Assembly: GCA_963809535.1 (NCBI GenBank)
Contig: CAWEJW010000003.1
Location: 116,031-180,030 of the forward strand
DNA: 64,000 nt
Direction of reading: 5' to 3'
DNA from: an uncultured Actinomycetes bacterium
Lineage (GTDB): Bacteria > Actinomycetota > Coriobacteriia > Anaerosomatales > CAVRZR01
The translations under genes and the position numbers were made by a program. Positions 54,278-63,902 of the stretch are shown here, piece by piece (position 1 is the first letter of the stretch; every line of letters starts with the position of its first letter). The notes under the pieces were generated by a model, which worked only from the letters and a program-made list of their open reading frames with translations, did not search any database and was not told the DNA's origin.

Positions 54278-55061
54278 GATCGATCACTTCCTTCGCTAGC
54301 CGCTGATACGCGTCGGCACCTTTGCCAGAGGGGTCGTATGTTGTCACAGGCTTTCCATAACTCGGCGCCTCTGAAAGCCGAACCGTTCGCGGAATGAGCG
54401 TGTTGAAGACTTTCTCGCCGAAGAAGTCCCGAACCTCTTCGACCACCAGCTGGGCGAGTTTAGTACGGGAGTCGTACATCGTCATGACCACTCCAAAGAC
54501 CTCGAGCCCAGGGTTCAGGTGGGTCTTCACCAACCGCACGCTGTCGAGCAACTTCGACAGACCTTCCAGCGCGTAGTACTCGCACTGGATCGGTATGAGC
54601 AGGCCCTCCGCTGCGGTCAGGGCATTCACGGTCAAGAGGCCCAGCGACGGCGGGCAGTCAATGATGACGAGGTCGAAGGCGTCGAGAACGGGTTCCAGAA
54701 TCGACTTCAGCCTGCTTTCACGGCTGAACGCCGAGACGAGCTCAATCTCGGCGCCCGCCAGCTGTATGGTTGAGGGGACAACGTAGACTCCCTCGATCTC
54801 CACGGGCTCGATGATCGCTTCGAGCTCAACTTCGCCGAGAAGAGCGTTGTACACGCAGAGTTCGCGCTGATTCTTGTTGAGCCCGAATCCCGACGTCGCG
54901 TTCCCTTGTGGATCGAGATCTACAAGGAGGATCCGTTCGCCCAAGGCTCCCAGGCTGGCGGCCAGATTGACTGCAGTCGTGCTCTTTCCGACGCCGCCCT
55001 TCTGGTTCACCACAGCCAGCACGAGCGGCCTGCTGTCTGCTGGTCCCACGTCGGCACTCAT
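54270..55061 (-). CDS. parA: Chromosome partitioning ATPase ParA/Soj
   Basis: Deviant Walker A NQKGGVGKSTTAVNLA; DLDPQGNAT; IDCPPSLG. Confidence 0.93.
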   Translation of the reverse strand: MSADVGPADSRPLVLAVVNQKGGVGKSTTAVNLAASLGALGERILLVDLDPQGNATSGFGLNKNQRELCVYNALLGEVELEAIIEPVEIEGVYVVPSTIQLAGAEIELVSAFSRESRLKSILEPVLDAFDLVIIDCPPSLGLLTVNALTAAEGLLIPIQCEYYALEGLSKLLDSVRLVKTHLNPGLEVFGVVMTMYDSRTKLAQLVVEEVRDFFGEKVFNTLIPRTVRLSEAPSYGKPVTTYDPSGKGADAYQRLAKEVIDRV

Positions 55062-55123
55062 CCATTGCCCCTCTCACACCTTGCACGTACGCATCTGCAG
55101 GCAAAGCCCCGCTTGATCACCCT

Positions 55124-55855
55124 CTACGCGAGCGGTTTACGCTGAGCCTTGCCTGGACTTCGCGGGACGGTGATCTCAGGCAGGCCTTCCGTCCGTTCGA
55201 AGACCACGATCGAGCGCTCTTGCCCACCCGGGAGGAGGAATCCTCGCGTTGCCCGGAATTGCATTCCCAACATACTCGCGGCTACCTTACCACGCTCCAC
55301 CTCATCTTGGTTCACTGGCCCCTTCAGCGCTACCATCCATCCTCCGGGCAGAAGCAGCGGCGCCGCTAGCTCCACAAGCGACGCCACTGAGCTCACCGCT
55401 CGCGCTGTCGCCACGGCGAAACTCGCGGCTCTCTCGATTGCGAGGGTTTCGGCTCGAGCGTGTTCGACCGCCACGTCGCAATACCCATCCAGCCGCTCCG
55501 CCACCTCACGAAGAAAACGCGCCTTCTTCCCGACCGATTCAACGAGCGTCGTACCCCGCCCGCTTGCGATGGCGAGCGGCACGCCCGGGTAGCCAGCGCC
55601 GCTTCCGAGATCCACCAGCTTGCCTGACGGCGCCTGGCGGATCTCGGGGAGCGCGGTAAGGGAGTCCACAACGTGGAGCTCCGCCGCGCCTTTGACGTCG
55701 GTGATCGCCGTGAGGTTCTGAACGCGATTCGCGGCGAGCACCGCCTCCAGGTGCAAGACGAGGCCCTCAACCGCGTGCTCTGACAGAGTGATTCCGGCTC
55801 CGAGCAGCGCGGCACGAACGGCCGATGCTACCGGATCTGGTGAGTCATGTTTCAC
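55124..55855 (-). CDS. rsmG: 16S rRNA (guanine527-N7)-methyltransferase RsmG
   Basis: NLTAITD..., SAM motif VDLGSGAGYPGVPLAI. GTG 55855 follows GGAGG. Confidence 0.9.
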   Translation of the reverse strand: MKHDSPDPVASAVRAALLGAGITLSEHAVEGLVLHLEAVLAANRVQNLTAITDVKGAAELHVVDSLTALPEIRQAPSGKLVDLGSGAGYPGVPLAIASGRGTTLVESVGKKARFLREVAERLDGYCDVAVEHARAETLAIERAASFAVATARAVSSVASLVELAAPLLLPGGWMVALKGPVNQDEVERGKVAASMLGMQFRATRGFLLPGGQERSIVVFERTEGLPEITVPRSPGKAQRKPLA

Positions 55856-55863
55856 GTGAAACC
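55848..55863. other. parS site (15/16 match) TGTTTCACGTGAAACC
   Basis: Matches the ParB-binding consensus TGTTNCACGTGAAACA. Overlaps the rsmG RBS and start codon. Confidence 0.8.
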
Positions 55864-55885
55864 TCCGGCGGCGATTCTAGCTGAA

Positions 55886-55901
55886 TGTTTCACGTGAAAC
55901 A
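55886..55901. other. parS site (16/16) TGTTTCACGTGAAACA
   Basis: Perfect palindromic parS consensus, 38 bp from the first copy. Confidence 0.9.
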
Positions 55902-55952
55902 TCTCCTTGAATAGGATCGGCGTCTCCGCGCGACCGTCTGGCCGACTCGCAA

Positions 55953-55980
55953 CGAAAAGGGCCCGGCGATCGCCGGGCCC
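55953..55980 (-). terminator. Rho-independent terminator after jag
   Basis: Palindrome GGGCCCGGCG-AT-CGCCGGGCCC, followed on the minus strand by CTTTTCGTT. Confidence 0.65.
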
Positions 55981-56002
55981 GGAGGCATTCCGCGAACAAG
56001 GA

Positions 56003-56761
56003 CTACTTCGGCAGGATAACCACTTGCCGATACGGTTCTTCACCCTCGCTATGAGTCGCAACGCGGCGATCGTTCCTTAGCGCCATGTGCACGAGCCTGC
56101 GTTCATACGCGGTCATTGGACGAAGCTTGACTGCGGCGCCCTGACGCGCGACCCGGTCGGCGGTCCTGCGCGCGATGTCCTCGAGCTTCTCGCGTCGACG
56201 TTGCTTGTACCCTTCCACGTCGACGACGACCGGATACCTGAAGCCAAGCCCGCGGTTCGTGATCGCTGAGACGAGAACCTGCAGCGCGTCGAGAGTCCGC
56301 CCGTGCCGGCCGATGAGAGCCGCGCAATCTCCACCGACGATGTCGAGGATGATCTCTCCCTCGTCGCCCTCGTATTCCTCAATTGACGCGGTGATACCGA
56401 AGGCCGGGAGGATCTCCTGCAGCGTCGCGACGGCTTGGTCCGCGACCCGATCCAATTCCTCGTCGCTGAGCTCGGGCGTCTCCGAGCGATCTTCGGGTTG
56501 CTCGGCGAGCGACGACGCGGCCTCGGGCACCTCGAGGAGCTCTCGGGCGACCTGCCGCCCTTGCTCCATCTCCTGTAGGTACTCTTCCTTGATCCAAACG
56601 CGCACTTTCGCGCCACGCTCTCCGCCCATGCCGAAGAGCTTCCGCCCGGGCTCCTCCAGGACCTCGTAGGACACGGCATCCTGTTGTACCCCGAGCTCCT
56701 CAAGCGCGAGGTCGACGGCCTCGGCGACAGTGGGCGCTTCCGTCGTGACTTCTCGATCCAT
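56003..56761 (-). CDS. jag: Jag/KhpB RNA-binding protein (Jag_N + KH + R3H)
   Basis: Position after yidC. C-terminal R3H: MTAYERRLVHMALRNDRRVATHSEGEEPYRQVVI. Confidence 0.88.
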   Translation of the reverse strand: MDREVTTEAPTVAEAVDLALEELGVQQDAVSYEVLEEPGRKLFGMGGERGAKVRVWIKEEYLQEMEQGRQVARELLEVPEAASSLAEQPEDRSETPELSDEELDRVADQAVATLQEILPAFGITASIEEYEGDEGEIILDIVGGDCAALIGRHGRTLDALQVLVSAITNRGLGFRYPVVVDVEGYKQRRREKLEDIARRTADRVARQGAAVKLRPMTAYERRLVHMALRNDRRVATHSEGEEPYRQVVILPK

Positions 56762-56764
56762 CGC

Positions 56765-57472
56765 TCACGCTCCCTGCGATTTGGGCTTCGCATACGACTT
56801 GATCATTATCTGCTGCTGAGCGATCTGCCAGGCACTCGAGGTGACCCAGTACAGAAGCACGCCGGCGGGGCTGATCCAGCCGAACCAGAGCATCATGATG
56901 GCCATGTAGAGGCCGATCATCTTCTGTGATTTCTCGCCCGGCATGAGTTGCTGGGGTAGCCACACACTCAACGCAAAGAGGACGGCGAAGAGTATGTATG
57001 GGATCGCCGCCACCCACCCCGAGTGGCTGAACACGTACTGGGGACTCTTGGTAATATCTTCCAAGATGAAGAGGAAGTTCTTCTCGATCCCTGGGTGCGC
57101 CGCCAGGTATACCGGGAGGCTCGGCGGCTTCTTCCCGGCGAGCACCTGGAAGAGGGCGATGAACAAAGGCATCTGCAGGATGAGGGGGAGGCAGCCCCCG
57201 AACGGGTTGACCTTGTTCTCCTGGTAGAACTTGAGCGTCTCTTCCTGCAGCTTCTGTTTGTCGTCCTTGTACTTCTTCTGCAGCTCTTTGATCTTCGGCT
57301 GTATCCGCTGCATCTCATACATGGACTTCGTCTGCTTGACGGTCAGCGGCATCAGAATGATACGCATGGCAACGGTGAGCAGGATGATCGCCACACCGTA
57401 GTCACCGACAGCACCGTATAGGTAGTTCAGGACGTCGAGGATGAACTGTTTGATATCGCCCCACACGGGCAC
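56765..57472 (-). CDS. yidC: YidC/Oxa1 family membrane protein insertase (short Gram-positive type)
   Basis: ILLTVAMRIILMPLTVKQTKSM...PKIKELQKKYKDDKQKLQEETLKFYQENKVNPFGGCLP. Confidence 0.92.
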   Translation of the reverse strand: MPVWGDIKQFILDVLNYLYGAVGDYGVAIILLTVAMRIILMPLTVKQTKSMYEMQRIQPKIKELQKKYKDDKQKLQEETLKFYQENKVNPFGGCLPLILQMPLFIALFQVLAGKKPPSLPVYLAAHPGIEKNFLFILEDITKSPQYVFSHSGWVAAIPYILFAVLFALSVWLPQQLMPGEKSQKMIGLYMAIMMLWFGWISPAGVLLYWVTSSAWQIAQQQIMIKSYAKPKSQGA

Positions 57473-57515
57473 GACCTCCTTGCTTCACGCGGCCATGCCG
57501 CGGCATCAGCGCATC

Positions 57516-57764
57516 TTAAGGCACGGGATCGTGCCCACCGGGATTCCAGGGGTGGCATCGTGCAATCCGTCGAACGGAGAGCCACCCGCCTCGCAGCACG
57601 CCGTAGCGTTCGACTGATGTTACAGCATACGCAGAACACGTCGGCGTGAACCGACAGGTCGGCGGGAAGGCCGGCGAGATGAACTTCTGGTAGCCGCGGA
57701 TCGCGTAGACAACGACCAACCTGGGCGCGCGTGCGAGAGACTGGCCATTTCTCTGGTCGCTCAC
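57516..57764 (-). CDS. yidD: Membrane protein insertion efficiency factor YidD
   Basis: [31 protein letters not shown]...RRIARCHPW. Confidence 0.9.
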   Translation of the reverse strand: MSDQRNGQSLARAPRLVVVYAIRGYQKFISPAFPPTCRFTPTCSAYAVTSVERYGVLRGGWLSVRRIARCHPWNPGGHDPVP

Positions 57765-58090
57765 GACAATCGCGCCCGCCCAAGGACGGAGCGCATGGCT
57801 GCATCGACGTCTGCCGCGCCGGCTTGGGCGAGACCCTTCCGGGCCACGAGAACGATGTCGTGTGCTTTCGGCGGGCCCCCCATGCGGCGAAGAGCCTCCC
57901 GAAGGACGCGCTTCATGCGGTTTCGAGCAACCGCGTTGCCGAGTCGACGTCCGGCAACGAAGGCTGCTCGGCCCTCGCTCGTGTCATAGGCTGAAGGCGC
58001 CACCAGTAGCATGAGGAGTGAGTGCTCCACTTTCTCAGCGCCGCGGAACATCGCGTCGATCTCACGCGTGGAGCGGATCGTCTGCATCAT
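57761..58090 (-). CDS. rnpA: Ribonuclease P protein component
   Basis: Position after rpm[20 protein letters not shown] motif. I prefer ATG 58090 (GGAGG upstream) over GTG 58123, which overlaps rpmH. Confidence 0.88.
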   Translation of the reverse strand: MMQTIRSTREIDAMFRGAEKVEHSLLMLLVAPSAYDTSEGRAAFVAGRRLGNAVARNRMKRVLREALRRMGGPPKAHDIVLVARKGLAQAGAADVDAAMRSVLGRARLS

Positions 58091-58115
58091 TGCCTCCGCA
58101 TGACGCGGGGCAGGG

Positions 58116-58250
58116 TCACGCACTCAGACGTGCGCGTCCCTTGCGTCGACGAGCTGCCAGAACTGCCCGGCCGCCGCGGGTGGCCATACGCGCACGGAAG
58201 CCATGCGTCTTCGCACGCCTCCGGGTATTGGGCTGGTACGTTCTCTTCAC
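58116..58250 (-). CDS. rpmH: 50S ribosomal protein L34
   Basis: Own translation: [44 protein letters not shown] (44 aa). GGAGGAA RBS. Below the ORF-track cutoff. Confidence 0.93.
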   Translation of the reverse strand: MKRTYQPNTRRRAKTHGFRARMATRGGRAVLAARRRKGRARLSA

Positions 58251-58441
58251 GGTTCCTCCGATCGGCGCCCGGGGGGCTCCCGGAGCAAAGCCCGACGATT
58301 ATACAGATGTGGTTTTCGGAGTGTCAACGCGTACCGCGGCGGCCGAAGCGACCCCGGCCGGTCGATCGGACGAACGCGGGACGGGGCCTTCGCACTGCTC
58401 ACGGGCGTGCGAGCACCGGCCTCGCTTTCTGACACACAATC

Positions 58442-58846
58442 TGTGGACAATGTGGAAAAAGCAGGTTTGACGTCGCCTCAGCCTGTGGATAACTTAGTTT
58501 CGGCGTTTGTTGGCGGCTTTCGCATATTGCTAGACTCCGAGCTGTTCTTCGAGGGCTGGATGCAAGGCATCTTACCTTGAGAAATGCCGTTTATCGCCCA
58601 TACTGAACCGTCCGTCGGGCGCCATTGCGAAGCAACCGCCAGCAGTTTCCACGACGTCCTCCGACTGCCAGAAGATTCCTTGGAGTAGCTCGGGTGCTTT
58701 CCACAGGCGCCGATACACGAAACAGCGTTTTCCACCGATTCCCGAGGCGCACGGACGACGTGAACGCGCTTGCGCTGCGGCGTTCGCGAAGCGGGTCCCT
58801 CTGGAGCGGTCGATGTATCCACAGATGTGGAAAGCTTTGTGGAAAA
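58442..58846. other. oriC DnaA-box cluster 1 (between rpmH and the GHKL-wHTH gene)
   Basis: Boxes compared with TTATCCACA: 58442-58450 TTGTCCACA(rc), 58451-58459 TTTTCCACA(rc), 58484-58492 TTATCCACA(rc, perfect), 58697-58705 CTTTCCACA, 58728-58736 TTTTCCACC, 58815-58823 GTATCCACA, 58826-58834 CTTTCCACA(rc), 58838-58846 TTTTCCACA(rc). Confidence 0.8.
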
Positions 58847-58986
58847 GGCCGGAAACCAGAGGTGGGGGCAGTTCAGTACGTCTCTTAAGGCGGGCGGATC
58901 GGCAGTGACAAGACGCACGAGGAGCAGCCGACTGCCCGGCTGTGGGAGGTCGTTTTCGGAAGGTTCAGGCGCCCGAAGGCGCTGAG

Positions 58987-60036
58987 ATGTCTCACTTGGG
59001 GGGGTTGTTGAAGCCATTCTTTTCGGGGACGCGCGCCGCACCCGCGGCACCGCCCACGTCTCGTCCAATCGAGGCTTTCGGCTTCTCAACTGCCGCGCCG
59101 ACAGTGGCGACCCGTCTTCAGCAAGAATCAGTGCAGGCTGCCGCGGCACCTCGAGAGCGCTTCTGCCCGTCGGAGTGTGCGCGCATCGCAGTCTACGACG
59201 GGGCCGGCAGTGCTCCTCGGGTAGAGGAAGTAGCTATCGCGGATACGGGAGAGTACATCGCACTCCTCGCATCCCGCACCTATGAACTCGCGCGCGCGAT
59301 GGGGGGGCGCGTCCCGTTCTCAGTGATCAACGAGGTGGTCGAGAACTACATCCACGCCGATTTCCGCGGTCCCGTTGTAACCATTCTCGACTCCGGCAAC
59401 ACGATCCGCTTCTCCGACCAGGGCCCGGGGATCAAGGAGAAGGACAAGGTCCTGGAGCCGGGCTTCACGACGGCTTCAGCTCCCATGAAGCGCTACATCC
59501 GCGGCGTTGGCTCCGGGCTTCCTCTCGTGCGCGAGTGCCTTTCGTTCAGCGAGGGGACCGTTGAGGTCGAAGACAATCTCGGCTGCGGCGCGGTGGTCAC
59601 GGTGACCGTCGCCGGCGTCGAGGGACGAGCGCGTGCGCCGGGAGCGCCGGAGTCGGCCAGCGCTGGAGTGGCCTCGGCGATTGCGTCTGCGAGCGCAGGC
59701 TCGGCGCCGCCGGCCACCAGCGCACAGCCCGACGGTTCAGCAGCAGGCTCGACCTCAGCGGATTCGTTCGTTCTCGAGCCAACCACATACCCCGCCCACG
59801 GAGGCACTTCCAGGCTCACGAACCGTCAGAAGCGCGTGCTCGCGCTGGTTATGGACGCAGGGCAAGCGGGTCCATCGCTGGTGGCCCGTGAGCTCGCTAT
59901 CGGTCTGTCGACCGCCTATCGTGACCTGGCCCATCTCGAGGTTCTCGGCTTCATCGTCGCTGATGAGTCGGGTAAGCGATCTCTCACCCCCGAGGGGTCG
60001 GCGTTCTTGCACAGCCTGCTTCACCCCGGAAGGTAG
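58987..60036 (+). CDS. GHKL (HATPase_c-like) ATPase fused to a C-terminal winged-helix DNA-binding domain, immediately upstream of dnaA
   Basis: Bergerat motifs: N box EVVENYIHAD, G1 DQGPGI, G2 GVGSGLPLV, G3 GCGAVVTV. Ala/Ser linker, then wHTH LTNRQKRVLALVMDAGQAGPSLVARELAIGLSTAYRDLAHLEVLGFI. Start uncertain (58942 or 58987). Confidence 0.7.
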   Translation: MSHLGGLLKPFFSGTRAAPAAPPTSRPIEAFGFSTAAPTVATRLQQESVQAAAAPRERFCPSECARIAVYDGAGSAPRVEEVAIADTGEYIALLASRTYELARAMGGRVPFSVINEVVENYIHADFRGPVVTILDSGNTIRFSDQGPGIKEKDKVLEPGFTTASAPMKRYIRGVGSGLPLVRECLSFSEGTVEVEDNLGCGAVVTVTVAGVEGRARAPGAPESASAGVASAIASASAGSAPPATSAQPDGSAAGSTSADSFVLEPTTYPAHGGTSRLTNRQKRVLALVMDAGQAGPSLVARELAIGLSTAYRDLAHLEVLGFIVADESGKRSLTPEGSAFLHSLLHPGR

Positions 60037-60078
60037 ATCGATTCGAACTGTGCGGCCCGCGCCGCTAAGGGGATTGTC

Positions 60079-61476
60079 ATGGCCGATGTGAACGTTATCT
60101 GGGACGGGGTCTTGGACGTCGTCCGCTCTGAGTTGACCACGCCCGTCTTCAAGACATGGTTCGAGCACGCGCGCCCGCTCTCGCTCGAGCAGGACGGTGT
60201 GTTCGTCATCGGCGTCCAGAACGAGTTCGCGCGTGAATGGTTCGAAACGAGGTACTCGAGCCTGATCCGCTCCGCGGTTTCGCAGGTGACCGGTGAGGGG
60301 TTCGATATTCGCGTGATCATCGACCGTGAGCGCGCCGGATCTGAAGGATCGGCCACGGCTTCCGACGTCGAGCAGGAAGAACAGCAGGCCCCTCTTGATG
60401 TTGAGACCGCGGAGGAGAGGCGCGTCCGGGACGCGGCCTCAGGCGAGTTCGCAACCAAGTACACGTTCGACACCTTCGTCATCGGACAGTCGAACCAATT
60501 TGCGTGCACGGCGGCACTGGCGGTCGCCGAGGCGCCCGGCCTGTCATACAACCCGCTGTTCATCTACGGCGGCGCCGGGCTGGGCAAGACACACCTGCTT
60601 CAGGCGATAGGCCACTACGTTCGCAAGAACTATTCGCACAAGAAGGTTGTCTACGTGTCCACCGAGCAGTTCACGAACGACTTCATCAACTCAATTCGGG
60701 ACAGGAACTCCAATCGGATCGACGGATTTCGCCAGCGTTATCGTTCTTCCGACGTGCTGCTCGTCGACGACGTGCAGTTCCTGAAGGGCAAGGAGGGGAT
60801 CCAGGAGGAGTTCTTCCATACCTTCAACGCGCTGCAGCAGGCCGGCAAGGCAGTGGTCCTGTCCTCTGATAGACCTCCGAAGGACATCGCCACACTCGAG
60901 GACCGTCTCCGCAGTCGGTTCTCGATGGGGCTCATCACCGACATTCAGCCACCGGACCTCGAGACGCGCATCGCCATCCTGCGTCGCAAGGTCGACACGG
61001 AGCGTCTGGAAGTCCCCGATGATGTCCTCGAGTACACCGCGGGCCTGGTGTCCTCGAATGTTCGAGAGCTCGAGGGTGCCCTTACCCGCATCGCCGCGTA
61101 CGGCTCTCTCTCCCGACGCACCGTCGATCTCGAGCTGGCGAAGACCGTTCTTCAGGACGCCTTCCCCGAGCGCTCTACGCGGCCGATCGCCGTCTCAGCC
61201 ATACAGCGCGAGGTGTGCAAGTACTATTCGATCAGCCATTCGGAGCTCGTCGGCAGCAAGAGGTCGCAGAACATCGTCTATCCTCGGCAGATCGCCATGT
61301 ACCTGGCCAGAGAGCTCACGGACCTCTCCCTGCCGAAGATTGGAGACGAATTCGGCGGCAGAGACCACACGACGGTCATGCATGCCACGGCGAAGATCCA
61401 GAAGCTCATGAACGCTCAACGGGAGGTGTACAACCAGATCCAGTCACTCACCAACACGATCCGCCAACACGCCTAA
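60079..61476 (+). CDS. dnaA: Chromosomal replication initiator protein DnaA
   Basis: [15 protein letters not shown], Walker [22 protein letters not shown]-terminal domain [11 protein letters not shown]. Confidence 0.97.
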   Translation: MADVNVIWDGVLDVVRSELTTPVFKTWFEHARPLSLEQDGVFVIGVQNEFAREWFETRYSSLIRSAVSQVTGEGFDIRVIIDRERAGSEGSATASDVEQEEQQAPLDVETAEERRVRDAASGEFATKYTFDTFVIGQSNQFACTAALAVAEAPGLSYNPLFIYGGAGLGKTHLLQAIGHYVRKNYSHKKVVYVSTEQFTNDFINSIRDRNSNRIDGFRQRYRSSDVLLVDDVQFLKGKEGIQEEFFHTFNALQQAGKAVVLSSDRPPKDIATLEDRLRSRFSMGLITDIQPPDLETRIAILRRKVDTERLEVPDDVLEYTAGLVSSNVRELEGALTRIAAYGSLSRRTVDLELAKTVLQDAFPERSTRPIAVSAIQREVCKYYSISHSELVGSKRSQNIVYPRQIAMYLARELTDLSLPKIGDEFGGRDHTTVMHATAKIQKLMNAQREVYNQIQSLTNTIRQHA

Positions 61477-61561
61477 TGTCGTTGCTTGTTGATAAGAGTG
61501 TTGGCAACGCGTGGTCAGTGTGTTGGCCGATTCGCGAGTATTGTGAGTTCTCGTCCTATGG

Positions 61562-61653
61562 TGGGGACAGTGGGGATAACACTGAAGTTTTGTCCACAGG
61601 ACGAACAAGGTGGCCACACCGCTAGCAAGCAGGGATTATGATGCTCTTCCACA
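61562..61653. other. oriC DnaA-box cluster 2 (dnaA-dnaN intergenic) with an adjacent AT-richer stretch
   Basis: 61562-61570 CTGTCCCCA(rc), 61571-61579 TTATCCCCA(rc), 61590-61598 TTGTCCACA, 61645-61653 TCTTCCACA. Followed by ATATGCAC...TTACACTTAGACAAGG up to the dnaN RBS. Confidence 0.7.
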
Positions 61654-61708
61654 TATGCACAGCGCCTACTACTGAGATGGTTACACTTAGACAAGGAAGG
61701 AACACTAG

Positions 61709-62806
61709 ATGAAGTTCAGTGTCGCTCGCACCGAGCTTGCCGAGGCCCTCGCGATCACCAGCAGGGGACTCTCCGCTCGCTCTACCCTCCCGATTCTTTC
61801 AGGCGTCCTCGTCTCTTGCGAGAAGGACTCTGTCACGTTGCAGAGCACCGACCTCGAGATCTCCGTGCAAACGAAGGTGAGCGCCAGGGTCGAGGCAGAG
61901 GGACGAAGCGTACTGCCGGGAAGGTTGTTCTCCGAGATCGTGCGCAACATGCCCGAAGCAGCGATCACTGTCGCCCTTGAGAGAGACTTGGCGGTCATCT
62001 CCAGTGCCACCGCATCGTTCACGCTCAAGACCCTCCCCGCTGACGACTTCCCGAAGTTCCCTACTGTGTCGGTCGAGAAGCGCGTGCCTCTACCGTCATC
62101 GGTCATGTCGTCAGTGGTGAAGCAGGTTTCAAGAGCCGTCAGCCGCGATGAGACGAGGGCCATCCTCACCGGTGTGCTGTTGTCAGTGGACGGGCCGACG
62201 GTACGCATGGTCGCCACGGATTCCTACCGGCTTGCAGTGCGCGAAGCGGAGCTTGAAGGGGCGGCAGAGCACGTCGAGGTCGTCGTGCCCGGGAAGGCTT
62301 TGGAGGAAGTGACCAAGCTTCTCGCTGGAGTCGAGATCGTGGAAATGGGAGTCTCGGAGAATCAGATCGTCTTCGAGTTCGGGGACACGATATTCATCAC
62401 GCGGAGGATCGAGGGTACCTTCCCGAATTACAGAGCGCTCATACCGAAGGAGCGGGAGACGGTCGTACGCGTTCCAAGCGAGGAACTCGTGGCGGCTGTG
62501 AAGAGGGTCTCGATCATGGCGCAGCACAACACGCCATTGAGGCTGTCAGTCCATAGCGAAGACCAGACGCTGAGTCTGAGCGCGACGACGCAGGACGTCG
62601 GCGATGCATCTGAAGACTTGATGGCCAAGGTGGAGGGGCCGGACGTCGAGATCGCGTTCAACCACGCGTTTCTCATGGACGGCTTGTCATCGATAACCGC
62701 AGAAGACACGCTCTTGGAGATCGTCAGTCCCTTGAAGCCCGGCGTGTTCAAGCCGGCGGACGGAGAGGACTACCTCTACTTGTTGATGCCCGTGCGATTG
62801 AGCTGA
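61709..62806 (+). CDS. dnaN: DNA polymerase III beta sliding clamp
   Basis: MKFSVARTELAEAL..., three-domain length of 365 aa, C-terminal YLLMPVRL. Confidence 0.97.
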   Translation: MKFSVARTELAEALAITSRGLSARSTLPILSGVLVSCEKDSVTLQSTDLEISVQTKVSARVEAEGRSVLPGRLFSEIVRNMPEAAITVALERDLAVISSATASFTLKTLPADDFPKFPTVSVEKRVPLPSSVMSSVVKQVSRAVSRDETRAILTGVLLSVDGPTVRMVATDSYRLAVREAELEGAAEHVEVVVPGKALEEVTKLLAGVEIVEMGVSENQIVFEFGDTIFITRRIEGTFPNYRALIPKERETVVRVPSEELVAAVKRVSIMAQHNTPLRLSVHSEDQTLSLSATTQDVGDASEDLMAKVEGPDVEIAFNHAFLMDGLSSITAEDTLLEIVSPLKPGVFKPADGEDYLYLLMPVRLS

Positions 62807-62818
62807 CGAGAGCCGAGC

Positions 62819-63895
62819 GTGCGCGTCTGGATACGCCGCCTGGAGCTCAAGGACTTCAGGAACTACGCGTCATTCGAACTCGAGCCCTCTGAGGGGCTGA
62901 CCATCCTCGTCGGGCCGAATGCCATCGGCAAGACGAACGTGGTCGAGGCGATCGAACTCGTCACCGAAACGACGTCGTTCAGGAATCCTGTCTGGGCGGA
63001 TCTCGTGAGGCAGGGAGCGGAGACGACGACAGTCCTCATGCAGGCACAAGCCGAGTCGGGGAGCAGAACGGACATAGCCCTGACCGTGGAGAACGGCCGG
63101 CGCGCATACCGCGTGAACGGCGCGCCGAAGCGGGCGGTGATCGAGGCAGCAGGACTTGTCCCAGCCGTCGTGTTCACGCCGGACGACCTGCGCGTCATCA
63201 AGGAGGGGGCGGATCGCCGGAGGGCGGCTCTCGACTCAGTGGGCACGCAGATCTCGCGCCCCTACGGGCAGCTCAAGGGCGAATACGACCGGATCCTGCG
63301 GCAGAGGAACGCGTTGCTTCGAGAGCCCGAGACGACGAACGACGAACTCGAACCGTGGACGGAACAGCTCGCGAGGACCGGCGCGGCCCTGACCGCGCGC
63401 CGTGAGAGTCTGACGGGCAAGATGGCTAGCCGCGTGAGCGACGAGTACGCAGCGCTCTCTCGTCAAGAGACCCTGAGCGTCGCGTACATGAGCGGGTGGA
63501 ACGCGGAAGGCCTCGGTGATGAAGGGGCAATGCTCGAACGGTTGCGCGCGCGAGCACATGAAGAACGAGCACGACGGACGACCCTGGTAGGACCGCATCG
63601 CGATGACGTGCGCTTTGAGATAGACGGCAAGGACGCGCGAGCGTTCGCTTCGCAAGGGCAGCAGCGCAGCGCAGCGCTCGCGTGGAAACTGGCAGAACTC
63701 GACGTGATCGAGGAGCTGTCGGGAAAGACCCCGGTGCTCCTACTCGACGACGTGATGTCGGAGCTCGATGAGGCCAGGCGACACGCACTCGCGACACGCG
63801 TGGGAAGGCGCACGCAAACGATCATGACCACGACGAACCTCGGCTACTTCGACGAGACGCTGATCGAAGAGGCGAAAGTCATCGAACTCGCGTGA
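62819..63895 (+). CDS. recF: DNA replication and repair protein RecF
   Basis: LELKDFRNY, Walker A GPNAIGKTNVVEAI, signature FASQGQQRSAALA, Walker B VLLLDDV. Confidence 0.95.
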   Translation: MRVWIRRLELKDFRNYASFELEPSEGLTILVGPNAIGKTNVVEAIELVTETTSFRNPVWADLVRQGAETTTVLMQAQAESGSRTDIALTVENGRRAYRVNGAPKRAVIEAAGLVPAVVFTPDDLRVIKEGADRRRAALDSVGTQISRPYGQLKGEYDRILRQRNALLREPETTNDELEPWTEQLARTGAALTARRESLTGKMASRVSDEYAALSRQETLSVAYMSGWNAEGLGDEGAMLERLRARAHEERARRTTLVGPHRDDVRFEIDGKDARAFASQGQQRSAALAWKLAELDVIEELSGKTPVLLLDDVMSELDEARRHALATRVGRRTQTIMTTTNLGYFDETLIEEAKVIELA

Positions 63896-63902
63896 GGACC
63901 GG

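Noticed and set aside
58478-59149. 223-aa minus-strand ORF across the origin spacer.
   Set aside because: The translation has no motifs, the region has the lowest coding bias in the window and is packed with DnaA boxes, and the ORF overlaps the start of the GHKL-wHTH gene.
62181-62202. TTGTCAGTG-N8 inside dnaN, resembling the damage promoter.
   Set aside because: The hexamer at N8 is GACGGT, not TAnnnT. The site is intragenic and more than 600 bp from recF.
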